From an uncultured Verrucomicrobiota bacterium (GTDB taxonomy: Bacteria; Verrucomicrobiota; Kiritimatiellia; RFP12; UBA1067): 64,000 bases of DNA. Under the pieces are notes generated by a model, which searched no databases, had not been told where the DNA came from, and was given only the letters and a program-made list of their open reading frames with translations. Within the stretch, counting starts at the first letter, position 1. Each line of letters opens with the position of its first letter. Shown in pieces: positions 16,600 through 26,824 of the stretch. A program made the position numbers and the translations under genes. The stretch is from NCBI GenBank assembly GCA_946610035.1, contig CAMOCC010000001.1:35948-99947 (forward strand), given 5' to 3'.

Positions 16600-17207
16600 A
16601 GGCGCGACGCGGAGAGACCGTCGTCCTTGCGGCGGGCGACTTCCCGAAGAGGGGCGGCGAGGCGTGGCGGCTTCTCGCAGGGGCGAAGCGCGTCGTATGC
16701 TGCGACAGCGCGGCGGACGCCTACGTGCGGCGGATGAAGAAGCCGCCGTCGGCCGTCGTCGGCGACCTCGATTCGTGGTGCGGACGCGCCCCCGAGGGGT
16801 CCGAGATAATACGTATTGCGGAGCAGGAGACGAACGACCTCTCCAAGGCGGTCCGCCTCTGCGAGGAGCGCGGCTGGCGCAACCCGGTAGTCCTCGGGGC
16901 GACCGGGCGGCGCGAGGACCATACATTGGGCAACGTCTTCAGGGCGATGGAGTTCGGGCTGGAGGTCGTGACGGACTTCGGGCGCTTCATCCCGGTCGAC
17001 GGCGAGGCGCGCATCAGGGTGGCGACGGGGACTCCGGTATCCATCTTCGCGACCGACCCTGCGACGCGCATGACGTCGAAGGGGCTTCAGTGGCCGCTCG
17101 ACGGCGTCAGGTTCGGGAATTTGTACTGTGCGACGCTGAACAGGGCTGTTTCGTCCGTCGTGACGCTGACTTCCACAAGCCGAGTTTATGTCTATATCGC
17201 CTTTTGA
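16596..17207 (+). CDS. Thiamine pyrophosphokinase
   Basis: VVGDLDS ... EQETNDLSKA, typical of the TPK catalytic domain. ATGA overlap with the upstream gene. Confidence 0.6.
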   Translation: MKARRGETVVLAAGDFPKRGGEAWRLLAGAKRVVCCDSAADAYVRRMKKPPSAVVGDLDSWCGRAPEGSEIIRIAEQETNDLSKAVRLCEERGWRNPVVLGATGRREDHTLGNVFRAMEFGLEVVTDFGRFIPVDGEARIRVATGTPVSIFATDPATRMTSKGLQWPLDGVRFGNLYCATLNRAVSSVVTLTSTSRVYVYIAF

Positions 17208-17353
17208 CTCCTGAGTGGAACATGTTCCGGGTGACGGCAAGGGGTCTCTCGCCATCTGATAGTCGGGTCGTTGCGCAGGCGACGAGTTGCGGAATGGCAG
17301 TGTCCGTAAGATGATTTCCCGAAGGCGGCGTAAAAATGATATAATATCCTTCA

Positions 17354-18496
17354 ATGAAAATTCTACAGGTCCTACCGGCGCTTGAACAGGGGGGCGTCGA
17401 ACGCGGCACGATTGAAATAGCGACGGCGCTTGCCGCCGCCGGTGTGCCGTCCGCAGTCGCGAGCGCGGGCGGGCGGCTCGTAGGCGAGCTGGAGCGGCTC
17501 GGCATAGAGCACTTCACACTGCCTCTCGCCTCGAAGAATCCGTTCACAGTCCGTCGTAACGGCAAAGCCCTCGCGCGTATTGCGCAGGAGGGCGGCTTCA
17601 CCCTGATGCACGTGCGCTCGCGTGCGCCGGCGTGGAGCGTGAGGCGCGCGTCGAGGCTTTCGGGCGTCCCTTTCATGTCGACATGGCACGGACTCTACGG
17701 GACTGAGCCGAAGTTCCTCAAGATACCCTACAATCGGGTGATGCTGGACGGTTTGAAGACGATAGCCGTCTCCGACTGCGTGAGGAACCACATCTTGTCC
17801 GTATACGGCGCAGATCCCGCGAAGGTCGTGAGGATCCACCGCGGCGCCGACGTCGAGACGTTCCGCCCCGACGCCGTATCCGCCGAAGAGGCGGCGGCGT
17901 TCAAGGCCTCCCTTGGCTTCGACCCCGATACGCCTGTCGTCACGCTGCCCGGGCGCCTTACGTTCTGGAAGGGGCAGAAGGACCTCCTCGCGGCCGTCGG
18001 CATTATGCGCGAGCGCGCCGTCGGGGTCCTGTTCGTCGGCTCCGACCAAGGGCGGACGGAATACACGGCCGAGCTGAAGGCGCTTGCGGCGAAGCTGCCC
18101 GCCGCGAAGAAGGTCGTCTTCCTCGAGCATTCGAACGAGATGCCGAAGATATACGCCGTGAGCGACGTAGTGGTGAGCGCGTCGTCGTCCCAGCCGGAGG
18201 CGTTCGGCAGGATCATCCCCGAGGCGCAGGCCATGGGGCGCCTCGTCGTCGGTACTGCACACGGCGGCGCGTGCGAGACGATAGAGGACGGGAGGACCGG
18301 CTTCCTCGTCCCGCCCGCCGACCCGCCCGCGCTCGCGGCGGCGCTTGACAGGGCGCTCGACCTCCCGGCGGAGGAGAGGGCGAAGATGGCGGAGGCGTCC
18401 GTCAAGTCGGTGGGGGAGAACTTCTCCGTCGCCAAGATGTGCGCAAGGACTCTGGAGCTTTACAAGGAGATACACAATGGACTTCATCACAGGTAG
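17354..18496 (+). CDS. GT4-family glycosyltransferase (GT-B, retaining)
   Basis: C-terminal EAFGRIIPEAQAMGRLVVGTAHGGACETIEDGRTGFLV (E-x7-E motif). TGaTATAAT sits 9 nt upstream of the ATG. Confidence 0.75.
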   Translation: MKILQVLPALEQGGVERGTIEIATALAAAGVPSAVASAGGRLVGELERLGIEHFTLPLASKNPFTVRRNGKALARIAQEGGFTLMHVRSRAPAWSVRRASRLSGVPFMSTWHGLYGTEPKFLKIPYNRVMLDGLKTIAVSDCVRNHILSVYGADPAKVVRIHRGADVETFRPDAVSAEEAAAFKASLGFDPDTPVVTLPGRLTFWKGQKDLLAAVGIMRERAVGVLFVGSDQGRTEYTAELKALAAKLPAAKKVVFLEHSNEMPKIYAVSDVVVSASSSQPEAFGRIIPEAQAMGRLVVGTAHGGACETIEDGRTGFLVPPADPPALAAALDRALDLPAEERAKMAEASVKSVGENFSVAKMCARTLELYKEIHNGLHHR

Positions 18497-20330
18497 GAAG
18501 GGGTGGATGCTCCCGCCCGTCGTCTTCTTCGCGCTCGTCGTGGCGCTGTTCGCCGTCTGGGCCGCGCTCGAACCCGCGACGCTCGTGCGGCTCTTCGACC
18601 AGGACGGCCGCTCGCCGTTCGAGCTCGCGACGCTGCCTTTCTACGCGGCGATCGTCCCGATGGTCTGGATATTCAATCCGTTCGGCGGCTCGCGTCGCCG
18701 CAGGACCGTACTTGCGCTCATGGTGAGCATCGTCGCGGTGATGGCGATAGTCAAGGAGCTCGACCTCCACAACATGGCTCTGCACGCGCTCTATCCGCAG
18801 TTCGTCGGCGACGACGGAAGCATCCTCGCAAGCGCGGGCCTCCACAAGCCGGACGGCAAGTTGCTGACCGGGACGCCCTTCAAGATGCGCGTCCTCACCA
18901 ACGGCGGCGTCCCCTTCGGGATGAAGGCGCTCGTCGTCGGCTACTTCGCGGCCTTCTTCGGAGTGTTCGCTGCGGGCTTCGTCTACCTCCTCCAGTTCTG
19001 GATCGACGGCGTCCTCAGGCTGAGGCCGTGCGCATGGGCGTGGGGCTGCTTCGGCGGAAGCGGGGTCATGGTGCAGATCGCGGACAGGCTCCCCGCGTGG
19101 CTCGACCACGCGCACGGGCTGTCGAAATCCGAGGGCGCCGTTACGGCCGCGCAGTCGCTCTGCACCGCGCTGGAGGAGGGCGGCGAGCTGATGATAGCCG
19201 TCTTCGCGCTTCTGACGATCTACCTCGGCTGGCGGGAAGTTCGCGATTCGCGCACCACCGCCCGCGCGCCGCGCCGCGTCCTCTTCTGGGGCCGGTTCGA
19301 CCACGGCTACTCCAGGAACCGCGTCAACATCGCGCTTTTCAGGGAGCTGGGCTGGGCGGTCGACTTCTTCGACGTCGTCGTATCGCCGCGCTTCGGCGAC
19401 ATCGAGGCGTTCTGCCGCGGGCTCGGCCGCCGTCCGAAGCCGGACCTCGTCTGGGTGCCGGTGTGCCGTCAGCGCGACATAATGGCGGCATGCCGCTGGG
19501 CGCATCGCCGCGGCGTCAAGGTCCTCTTCGACCCGATGATCTCGGCCTGGGACAAGAAGGTCCTCGAACAGCGCAAGTGGAAGGCCGACGAGCCGAGGGC
19601 GCGTAAGCTCCACGACGCCGAGACGGCGATGATGAACGCGCCCGATTTCGTCACCTGGGATACGAGCTGCCACGTCGACTTCTGCGAAAGGGAGTTCCAT
19701 GTGCCGCGCGAGAGAATGGCGCCGCTCTTCACTGGAACCGACGAGAAGGTGTTCAGGCCGCAAGAGGGAGCGCCGGCGCCGAACGCCGAGTTCCGCGTCC
19801 TCTACCACGGCGCGTACCTGCCGCTGCACGGAATGGAGTACATCGTAGAGGCGGCGCGCATGACGGAGGGGAGGGGCATACACTGGGACCTCCTCGGCTG
19901 GGGCGCGTACAAGGCTCCGACCGAGGCGCTTGCCAAGGGCATATCGAACATCACATTCCTCGACAAGGTGCCGTACGTCGACGTCCCGAAGGTCATCTAC
20001 ACGGCGGACGTCGTCCTCGGCGTCTTCGGGACGACGGAGAAGGCGTCCCGCGTGATCGGCAACAAGATCTTCGAGGCGATGGGCTGCGCAAGGCCGGTCA
20101 TCAACGAGTTCTGCACGGGCTATCCGCCCGAGGCGAAGGACTGCAAGGCGATAAAGTTCGTCCCGCCGGGCGACGCGGCGGCGATCGTGAAGGCCGTCGA
20201 GGAGTACCGCGCCGACTGGGCGAACCGCGAGAGCTACAACGAGGCGGCCTACGACTTCTTCAAAAGGCACCTCTCGATGGCCGAGGTCAAGAAGCAGCTC
20301 GTCGGGATCCTCGGGAGGATGGGGCTGTGA
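18476..20330 (+). CDS. Membrane-anchored glycosyltransferase (N-terminal polytopic domain + C-terminal GT4-like domain)
   Basis: Starts MDFITGRKGWMLPPVVFFALVV. Overlaps the upstream gene by 21 nt. C-terminal region resembles the GT-B C-domain. Confidence 0.5.
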
Positions 20331-21367
20331 AGCGCCGTCCGAGACTGCTGTTCGTCGGCAACTTCCTCATCCGCCACTGGGGGAACGGACGCACCGGCAT
20401 AGACATGCGCTTCGAGGCCGCGGCCTTGAGGATGAACCACCCCGTCCTAACATTCTCCGAGCGCGACGTCGCCCGCTTCCTCGCCCCCCTCGGCTTCATG
20501 CGCAACATCGGCGCGAGGATGATGAACGGACGGCTCGTTAAGGCCGTCGCCAACTTCAAGCCGGACGTCGTCTTCATCTCCCACTGCGATTACGTGACGA
20601 ACGAGACGCTCGAGGCGTGCCGCAGGGCCGCGCCCGGGGTGAAGCTCGTCCATTTGAACTGCGATCCCGTCGAGACGGAGCACTGCTGTGCGCAGATAGC
20701 GAGGCGCATGCACTCGTGCGACGCGATCTTCGTGACGACCGCCGGCGAGAAGCTCAAGACATGGGTCACCGGCAGGAACGTCGTCGGGTACTTCCCGAAC
20801 CCCAGCGACCCCGCATTCGAGACGGAGGACAACTCGGTCAAGGCGGACTTCAAGTACGACCTCTTCTTCGCGGGGCGCCCCGCGCTCGCTGATGCGAGGA
20901 GGGACCTCCTCGACAAGCTCGTCGCGAAGCTCGACCCGAAGGTGAGGTTCGGCCTCTTCGGCATGGACCGGGCTCCGCTCGTCGTGGGACGCGCCTACGA
21001 GGAGGCGATAGCCGCGTCGAAGATGGGGCTTTCCATCAACCGCTTCGAGAACTGGAAGTGGTACGCGTCGGACCGCATCACGCACCTCATGGCGAACGGG
21101 GTCCTCACCTTCCAGTACGACGGCAACGACATGCAGAGGTTCTTCTCGGACAGGGAGACCGTCTACTTCCACACGCCTGAGGAGCTAGCGGAGAAGATCG
21201 CCTGGTACAACGAAAACGACAAGGCGAGGCGCACCGTGGCATCGGCCGGACGCGAACGGTACAACACGCTCTTCGACGCACGAAGGGTCCTTTCCTACAT
21301 CCTGGAGACGGTGCTCGGCGAAGGCTACACCTCCGCGTACGAATGGGCGAGGGAGGTATACCGTTGA
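20327..21367 (+). CDS. Putative GT1-like glycosyltransferase (CgeB/DUF3880-type)
   Basis: GTGA start overlap. C-terminal ...YFHTPEELAEKIAWYNENDKARRTVASAGRERY resembles the CgeB-like GT tail. Confidence 0.35.
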   Translation: MKRRPRLLFVGNFLIRHWGNGRTGIDMRFEAAALRMNHPVLTFSERDVARFLAPLGFMRNIGARMMNGRLVKAVANFKPDVVFISHCDYVTNETLEACRRAAPGVKLVHLNCDPVETEHCCAQIARRMHSCDAIFVTTAGEKLKTWVTGRNVVGYFPNPSDPAFETEDNSVKADFKYDLFFAGRPALADARRDLLDKLVAKLDPKVRFGLFGMDRAPLVVGRAYEEAIAASKMGLSINRFENWKWYASDRITHLMANGVLTFQYDGNDMQRFFSDRETVYFHTPEELAEKIAWYNENDKARRTVASAGRERYNTLFDARRVLSYILETVLGEGYTSAYEWAREVYR

Positions 21368-22740
21368 TGCACCTCGGCTGGTCGTCGCACATCTACCCGT
21401 TGGATGCCGCCGATCTGGCGGGCGTCCCGGACTACGACGGGCCGGACATCCCCGCATGCGACCTGCCGGGCGACGAGGTGGTGCTCCTGATCCGACGCGA
21501 AGCGCCCGACGCGCTGTTGCGCGGACGCGCCGCGATCGAAGCGGCCGGCGCCGGAACGGTGGACGTCCGCATAGTGTTCGTCCCGACCATCGCGAAGTGG
21601 AACCTCCCGTTCACCCTCATGCGCCTCCTGCGCAACAGGAGGCGGTTCAAGAGCTCGGGCGTGTACCATATTGCGACGGACTCCCTGCGCAGCCTCGGGC
21701 TCGAACGCGCCGTAAGGACGCTCGACCATCCGCAGCGCAGAGGCTCCTCGGACAGGATTGAAAGGATGCATCGCCTGGAGGAGAGCCTGCGGACGGAAGG
21801 CTACGACGACTCGAAGCCCGTTGTCGTCATGCTCTGCCGCACGCGCGGCGTCGAGGACTCCGTCCGCCAGGGGCACCACCGTATCAGCGTATGCCTGGAG
21901 GTCGGAATCCCCAAGGTGGCGCTTCGCTTCTCCGCTGCAGGGGCGCTGCCGCGCATCCTGGGAAGGGCCGTGGGGCGCCCGCCGATCAGGCTGGACGTGC
22001 TGAAACGCTCCATTGAAAGCGCATGCGGCAAGCCCGTGCGGCGGATCGTTCCGCTCGGGGACAGTCCCAATCCGGCGAAGGTCATCGTCGTCCCCGAGCC
22101 GGGCGGAAGGTTCGTCCTCGACCTCTCCCAGAGCCGCAGGCTTACAGTGGGGCTCGCCCCGGCGATACTCGTCCCGCTGCTCGTCGCAGGCGCGTTCGTA
22201 TTGGACGTCGCCGTCATGAAGACGGCGATGGGCGAACACTCCCTGGTGGCTTGGAGCCAGTTCGCGCTTTCGGGCGCGTCGTCAGTGCTTTTGTGGATCC
22301 TCGTCTTACGCGAGAGGCGCGCGAGGTGCGGATACGCGGCCCTTGCCTTCACCTTCGCCATGACTGCGGTGTACGAGCTTCTGAGGGACGTCCTCGACGT
22401 GGGCTCCAACGTTGTCGGACCGGCCGCCACGCTATCCGCCGTCTCCTTCGCCGTTCTCGTCGCGGTGTTTGCGAGGCGCTCCTTCGCCGTCGGCGTCCGC
22501 CGCATAGCCTCGTCTCGCGCCTTCCCCGCGCTCGTCTTCGGGGCTGTTCTCACGTGGATCGTCGCGAAGCTCGTCTCGAGCCGCGCGATTTGGGGCGCAC
22601 TCAAACTCACCGAGCACGACTTGAAGACGGTGAAGCACGTCATCGAGGAGGGGACGGAGTTCCTGGGCGACGCCATTGCGGCGTGCTGGGCGATCTCCTT
22701 CTTCCTCGAGCGCCTTGCGGATTGGAGGCACCGGAGATGA
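21367..22740 (+). CDS. Hypothetical protein with C-terminal multi-TM domain
   Basis: TGATG start overlap. At least four hydrophobic helices in the C-terminal third. Confidence 0.4.
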   Translation: MHLGWSSHIYPLDAADLAGVPDYDGPDIPACDLPGDEVVLLIRREAPDALLRGRAAIEAAGAGTVDVRIVFVPTIAKWNLPFTLMRLLRNRRRFKSSGVYHIATDSLRSLGLERAVRTLDHPQRRGSSDRIERMHRLEESLRTEGYDDSKPVVVMLCRTRGVEDSVRQGHHRISVCLEVGIPKVALRFSAAGALPRILGRAVGRPPIRLDVLKRSIESACGKPVRRIVPLGDSPNPAKVIVVPEPGGRFVLDLSQSRRLTVGLAPAILVPLLVAGAFVLDVAVMKTAMGEHSLVAWSQFALSGASSVLLWILVLRERRARCGYAALAFTFAMTAVYELLRDVLDVGSNVVGPAATLSAVSFAVLVAVFARRSFAVGVRRIASSRAFPALVFGAVLTWIVAKLVSSRAIWGALKLTEHDLKTVKHVIEEGTEFLGDAIAACWAISFFLERLADWRHRR

Positions 22741-24689
22741 AGGCCGATTTCGGGATAGGTGAATTGAAGTCCGCGCTGGAGTCCGGCTACGGCGTCGCGG
22801 TAGCCGCCCTTGAGCGGCTTCCCGGGCACGCCCATTCGATAAACTTCAAGGTCGCGACGGAAGACGGAGCGGCCTTCGCCGCGAAGTGCTTCCCCGCCGC
22901 CCACGTGTCGATGTTCGAGCGCCTTCTCGCGCACACCGCCCCTTCGGAGAATCCCCTCGCGGTGACGCGTCTCTTCGACGGGCGCATACTCGAGTTCGGA
23001 TCGTGGCGGATCGCGGCGCTCAAGTGGATCCCGGGCGGACGCAAATACCCGGATGAACTTACTGACGCGGAGGCGGATGAATTCCTCTCCGCATACGGCG
23101 CCTTCGCCGCCGGGTTGAAGGACGACGGATTCATAATGCCCGTCCGGGACGGCCTTGCGCTCAAGCGGAAGCTCATCGAGCGGCTGAAGGGCGGCAATGC
23201 GCCCGCGATCGTGCGTGAACTGAAGCTCATGCCGGACGACACGCTCTCGCTCGCACCGGAGGCGAGGCGGATCATCCACGGCGACCTCCACTGGGAGAAC
23301 TTCAGGTTCGAGGGCGGCAGGGTGAGCGGCTTCCTCGACTTGGAGGCGCTCAGGTTCGGGACGCCGGCGGAGGATTTTGTCCGCTACATAGTCTGCCGCG
23401 CCGAGCACCTCAGGTGGTACGATCTCGGTGGACGGCGCAGGCTGCTCGATGCGTTCCGCATGTTCCTCGCCCGGACGTCCCTTACGCGTGCGGAGTGGCT
23501 TTTCGCAATCGACGGCTACCTCCTCAGGAAGCTCGACAAGAAGATCAAGGCGAGGCGCGTCCCGCTGGCGACGAGGATAAACCTCGGGGCGCGATTCGGC
23601 TTCTACCGCGAACTGAGGGACGAGGTGTATCGCGCCATGCCGCACGTACGCACGGACGACCGGACTGTAGTCAAGATTCTTGGCGGGACGGTCAAGCGCT
23701 TCATGGGCGGACGCGTCTTCGACTGGGGCGGGAGGTTCCGCTTCGTCTGCGATCCCGCCTGCCGCGACTACGACTGGCTGTGCGTCTACGACGAGCTGCC
23801 GAACGCGTACCCGGGGGTGGTGCGCGGGAGGATGCGCGTGGAGTGTCCGAGGGGGCGGACGATCCTCGCCACGCAGGAGCCGGTGTCCGTCAAGTTCTAC
23901 AACAAGGCGTATACGCGCCAGTTCGGAGTCCTCCTCACGAACCGTCCGCCCGAGGCCGAGGGCCATCCCGGCTACGTGAAGGGCGAGGGGTACATGGTCT
24001 GGTACACCGGTCGCAGCTTCGCCGGGGAGCGCGCACACGAGGTCCCGGAGAAGACGAAGGTCCTCTCCGCCGTCTATTCGGCAAAGCGCATGGCGCATAC
24101 GCGCCATGCGGACCGCTACCGCTTCCTGGAGCTTCTCAGGCGCGAGGTGTCCGGCTTCGACTGGTTCGGGAAGGGCGTGAAGCCCATCGAGGAGAAGTCC
24201 GACGCCCTGGACGGCTACAAGTACACGATTGCCTTCGAGAACCACATCGGCGCGGGGCATTGGACGGAGAAGCTTTCTGACGCGCTGGTCGCGGGATGCC
24301 TTCCGTTCTACGCGGGCGATCCGGAGGTCGGGCGCATACTTCCGCCGGACTGCTTCATCCCGATTCCGGCGGACGACCCCGACGCGGCGCTTGCAATCGT
24401 GAAGAAGGCGATTGCCGAAGGCGAGTACGGGCGGCGGCGCGACGCGATAATGAAGGCGAGGGAGCTTCTGATGACGAAGTACAACCTCTTCGCCCAGATC
24501 GAGAAGGCATGCGAATGGAAAATGGAAAATGTAAAATGTAAAATGGAAAATGGGGAATGGGGAATGGACGAGCCTTCGTGCTGCATTTGCACGCGCAGGC
24601 ATACGAGGCTGTATCCGAGCGCGGCCGTTGCAGATTTGACGCATCACATCAAGAGATTGTTAAAGAGAAGTCCGGGAGGAACGCCATGA
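22738..24689 (+). CDS. Fusion protein: APH/choline-kinase-like phosphotransferase domain + GT10 (alpha-1,3-fucosyltransferase-type) domain. The 3' end contains a 7-nt repeat tract.
   Basis: IIHGDLHWENFRF (HGDLHxxN kinase motif). YKYTIAFENHIGAGHWTEKLSDALVAGCLPFYAGD matches the GT10 signature (Y-K-[FY]-x-[IL]-AFEN...TEK). ATGA overlap at both ends. Confidence 0.65.
24513..24568. repeat. Heptanucleotide tandem repeat (GAATGGA/AAATGGA/AAATGTA) x8 at the 3' end of the kinase-GT10 gene
   Basis: gaatgga aaatgga aaatgta aaatgta aaatgga aaatggg gaatggg gaatgga. AT-rich tract in a GC-rich gene. Unit length is not a multiple of 3. Confidence 0.85.
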
Positions 24690-25489
24690 CCGACGCCGAT
24701 CAGGGTAAAGTGAACGTTATCTGCCTCAAGTGGGGGACGGCATATCCGCCTTTCTACGTGAACAGGCTCTATGCGGGCGTCAGGCGCCACATGAAGCGTC
24801 CGTTCCGCTTCATCTGCTTCACCAACGAGCCGGAGGGACTCAATGCTGGGATCGACGTCCAGCCCATTCCGCCGCGCCCGGACGGGCTCGACCCGAAGCG
24901 CAGGTGGCCGACGGTGTACACGAAGCTCGCGCTGTTCAAGGATGGATGCGGCGGATTGAAGGGACCGACGCTCTTCCTCGACATCGACCAGATAATCGTC
25001 GGCGACATGGACCGCTTCTTCGACTACAAGCCGGGCGAGTTCTGCATCATCCACAACTGGATAGAGCGCAGGAAGCTCATCTTCAGGGGGCGTCCGAACA
25101 TCGGCAACTCCTCGTGCTTCCGCTTCGAGGCGGGCTCGATGAACAGGGTGTGGGAGGCGTTCGCGACAGACCTGCCCAATGCCTACGACAAGAAGAGGTT
25201 TGCGACGGAGCAGGCGTTCATGACCCACGCGGTCGGGCTCGGACAGAAGGTGAACTGGTGGCCGGAGGACTGGGTCGTCTCGTTCAAGCGCGTCTGCCAC
25301 AGGATATTCCCGATGAACCTGATGCTGCCGCCGAAGAGGCCGGCGGGCGCTTCGATCCTCTGCTTCCACGGCGATCCGAGTCCGCTGGAGGCGATAGACG
25401 GGTTCAGGTTCCACCACGGTGTGAAGGTGCCCATTCACCAGACTACGCTTCCGGCGCCGTGGGTCAAGGATCTGTGGGAGAACGGCTGA
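24686..25489 (+). CDS. Putative nucleotide-sugar glycosyltransferase (DXD-type)
   Basis: ICLKWGTAYPPFYVN...RFICFTNEPEG and LFLDIDQIIVGDMD (DxD). ATGA overlap. Confidence 0.35.
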   Translation: MTDADQGKVNVICLKWGTAYPPFYVNRLYAGVRRHMKRPFRFICFTNEPEGLNAGIDVQPIPPRPDGLDPKRRWPTVYTKLALFKDGCGGLKGPTLFLDIDQIIVGDMDRFFDYKPGEFCIIHNWIERRKLIFRGRPNIGNSSCFRFEAGSMNRVWEAFATDLPNAYDKKRFATEQAFMTHAVGLGQKVNWWPEDWVVSFKRVCHRIFPMNLMLPPKRPAGASILCFHGDPSPLEAIDGFRFHHGVKVPIHQTTLPAPWVKDLWENG

Positions 25490-26790
25490 TGTCTGCGGAG
25501 CTGCACCTCTTCGTCCTCTGGGAGAAGGCCCGCTTCGCGGAGAGGCGGATACTCGACGACCTGCGTTCACAGGCGAAGATCGAGGTCGTCGACGCGCGGG
25601 AGATGGAGTTCCGGGGCGATCCCGCCGAGTCGTTCACCGCGTTCTACGGGCCGAGGAAGCCGCTCGACGCGGCGCTCAAGGTGAAGAAGTGCGGAGGGGG
25701 CCGGTTCCTCGTCGTGGTCGTGCGCGACCTTGAGCCGAGCTACGCCCGGCGCTTGGCGCGCGAGGGCAAGTACTACACTGCGAACGAGAGGATGTACGAC
25801 CTCAAGGAGAAGTACCGGAAGTGGGCGGGGCGCAGGCATCGCGTCCACGGGACGACGGACACGGGCGAGTTCGCGCGCGACGTGTTCCTCCTCACGGGCC
25901 GCACGGCGGCCGAGTGGGAGCGGGGCGTCCCCGGGGGAATCGCCTTGAACATCCCGGCGAAGGCGTCGTGGCGCACGGTCGTCGATACCGTCGGTGCGGA
26001 CCTCGGGCTTTCCGACTGCCGCGTAGTCCTCGAGGGCAAGTACATAAACGACGTGTTCTTCGAGGGGAGGTTCAAGGGACGCGACGCGATGGTGAAGTGT
26101 TCGTCGAAGTGCGCGTGGTCGGTCGGGAACGAGTTCCGCCTTGCGAAACGGATGTTCGCCGAATCGCCCGGCGTAGTCCCGGAGCCGTTGGCCGAATGGA
26201 CGTCGGAGGACGGACGGATGGCGTTCACTGTCGCGGAGAGGGTGGCGGGCCCGTCGCTCACTGACCTCCTGCGGCGCGGAGTCTCGGACGGGGAGGCGGA
26301 CCGCTTCGCCGCCGACATCCTGAATCTTGCGTCCGCCCTCAAACGAACGGGAATACTCCACCGCGACCTCTTTGCGGACAACCTGCTCGTCGGCGCGGAC
26401 GGCCACCTCAGGGCGATAGACTGGCAGCTTTCGATAGACCGCGCCGACTACAGGGAGGACCCTTGGGTCGTCAGGAACTGGAAGTTCCGCTACGTCGTCT
26501 TCGGCGTCAACCGAGAACTGGGGCTTGGCGTCTGGAACGACTTCCACGCGCTTGGAAAGGTCCTTGCGCTCCTGCCGCAGACCGAAGCCGTAGTCAAGGC
26601 GTCCGAACGCCTTGCGGCGGAGGAGCGGGGGATGACCTTCGCCGCGCCGCCTGACCGGGCGACTTGGCTCAAGCTCCGCCTCTACGCGCTTTCGCTTCGC
26701 CTCCAGATGCTCGTCAAGGGACGCCGCCATCGCAAATACGCGCAGCTCGAGCGCCGGCTCAGGACGATAACAGGGTACTGTCGGGACTAG
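25489..26790 (+). CDS. Protein-kinase-like (PK-like/APH fold) domain protein
   Basis: ILHRDLFADNLLVGADGHLRAIDWQLS (HRDLxxxN catalytic loop + DW). TGATG overlap. Confidence 0.5.
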   Translation: MSAELHLFVLWEKARFAERRILDDLRSQAKIEVVDAREMEFRGDPAESFTAFYGPRKPLDAALKVKKCGGGRFLVVVVRDLEPSYARRLAREGKYYTANERMYDLKEKYRKWAGRRHRVHGTTDTGEFARDVFLLTGRTAAEWERGVPGGIALNIPAKASWRTVVDTVGADLGLSDCRVVLEGKYINDVFFEGRFKGRDAMVKCSSKCAWSVGNEFRLAKRMFAESPGVVPEPLAEWTSEDGRMAFTVAERVAGPSLTDLLRRGVSDGEADRFAADILNLASALKRTGILHRDLFADNLLVGADGHLRAIDWQLSIDRADYREDPWVVRNWKFRYVVFGVNRELGLGVWNDFHALGKVLALLPQTEAVVKASERLAAEERGMTFAAPPDRATWLKLRLYALSLRLQMLVKGRRHRKYAQLERRLRTITGYCRD

Positions 26791-26824
26791 GGTCAAGCGC
26801 GAAAAGGCGATATTTGGTATAATA

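Noticed and set aside
22023-22737. N-terminal extension of the kinase-GT10 ORF (six-frame 22023-24689)
   Set aside because: The upstream 238 codons overlap the preceding gene (21367-22740) in another frame and are Arg-rich GC artefact. MKADFGIGEL at 22738 overlaps the upstream stop as ATGA, like the other junctions in this cluster.
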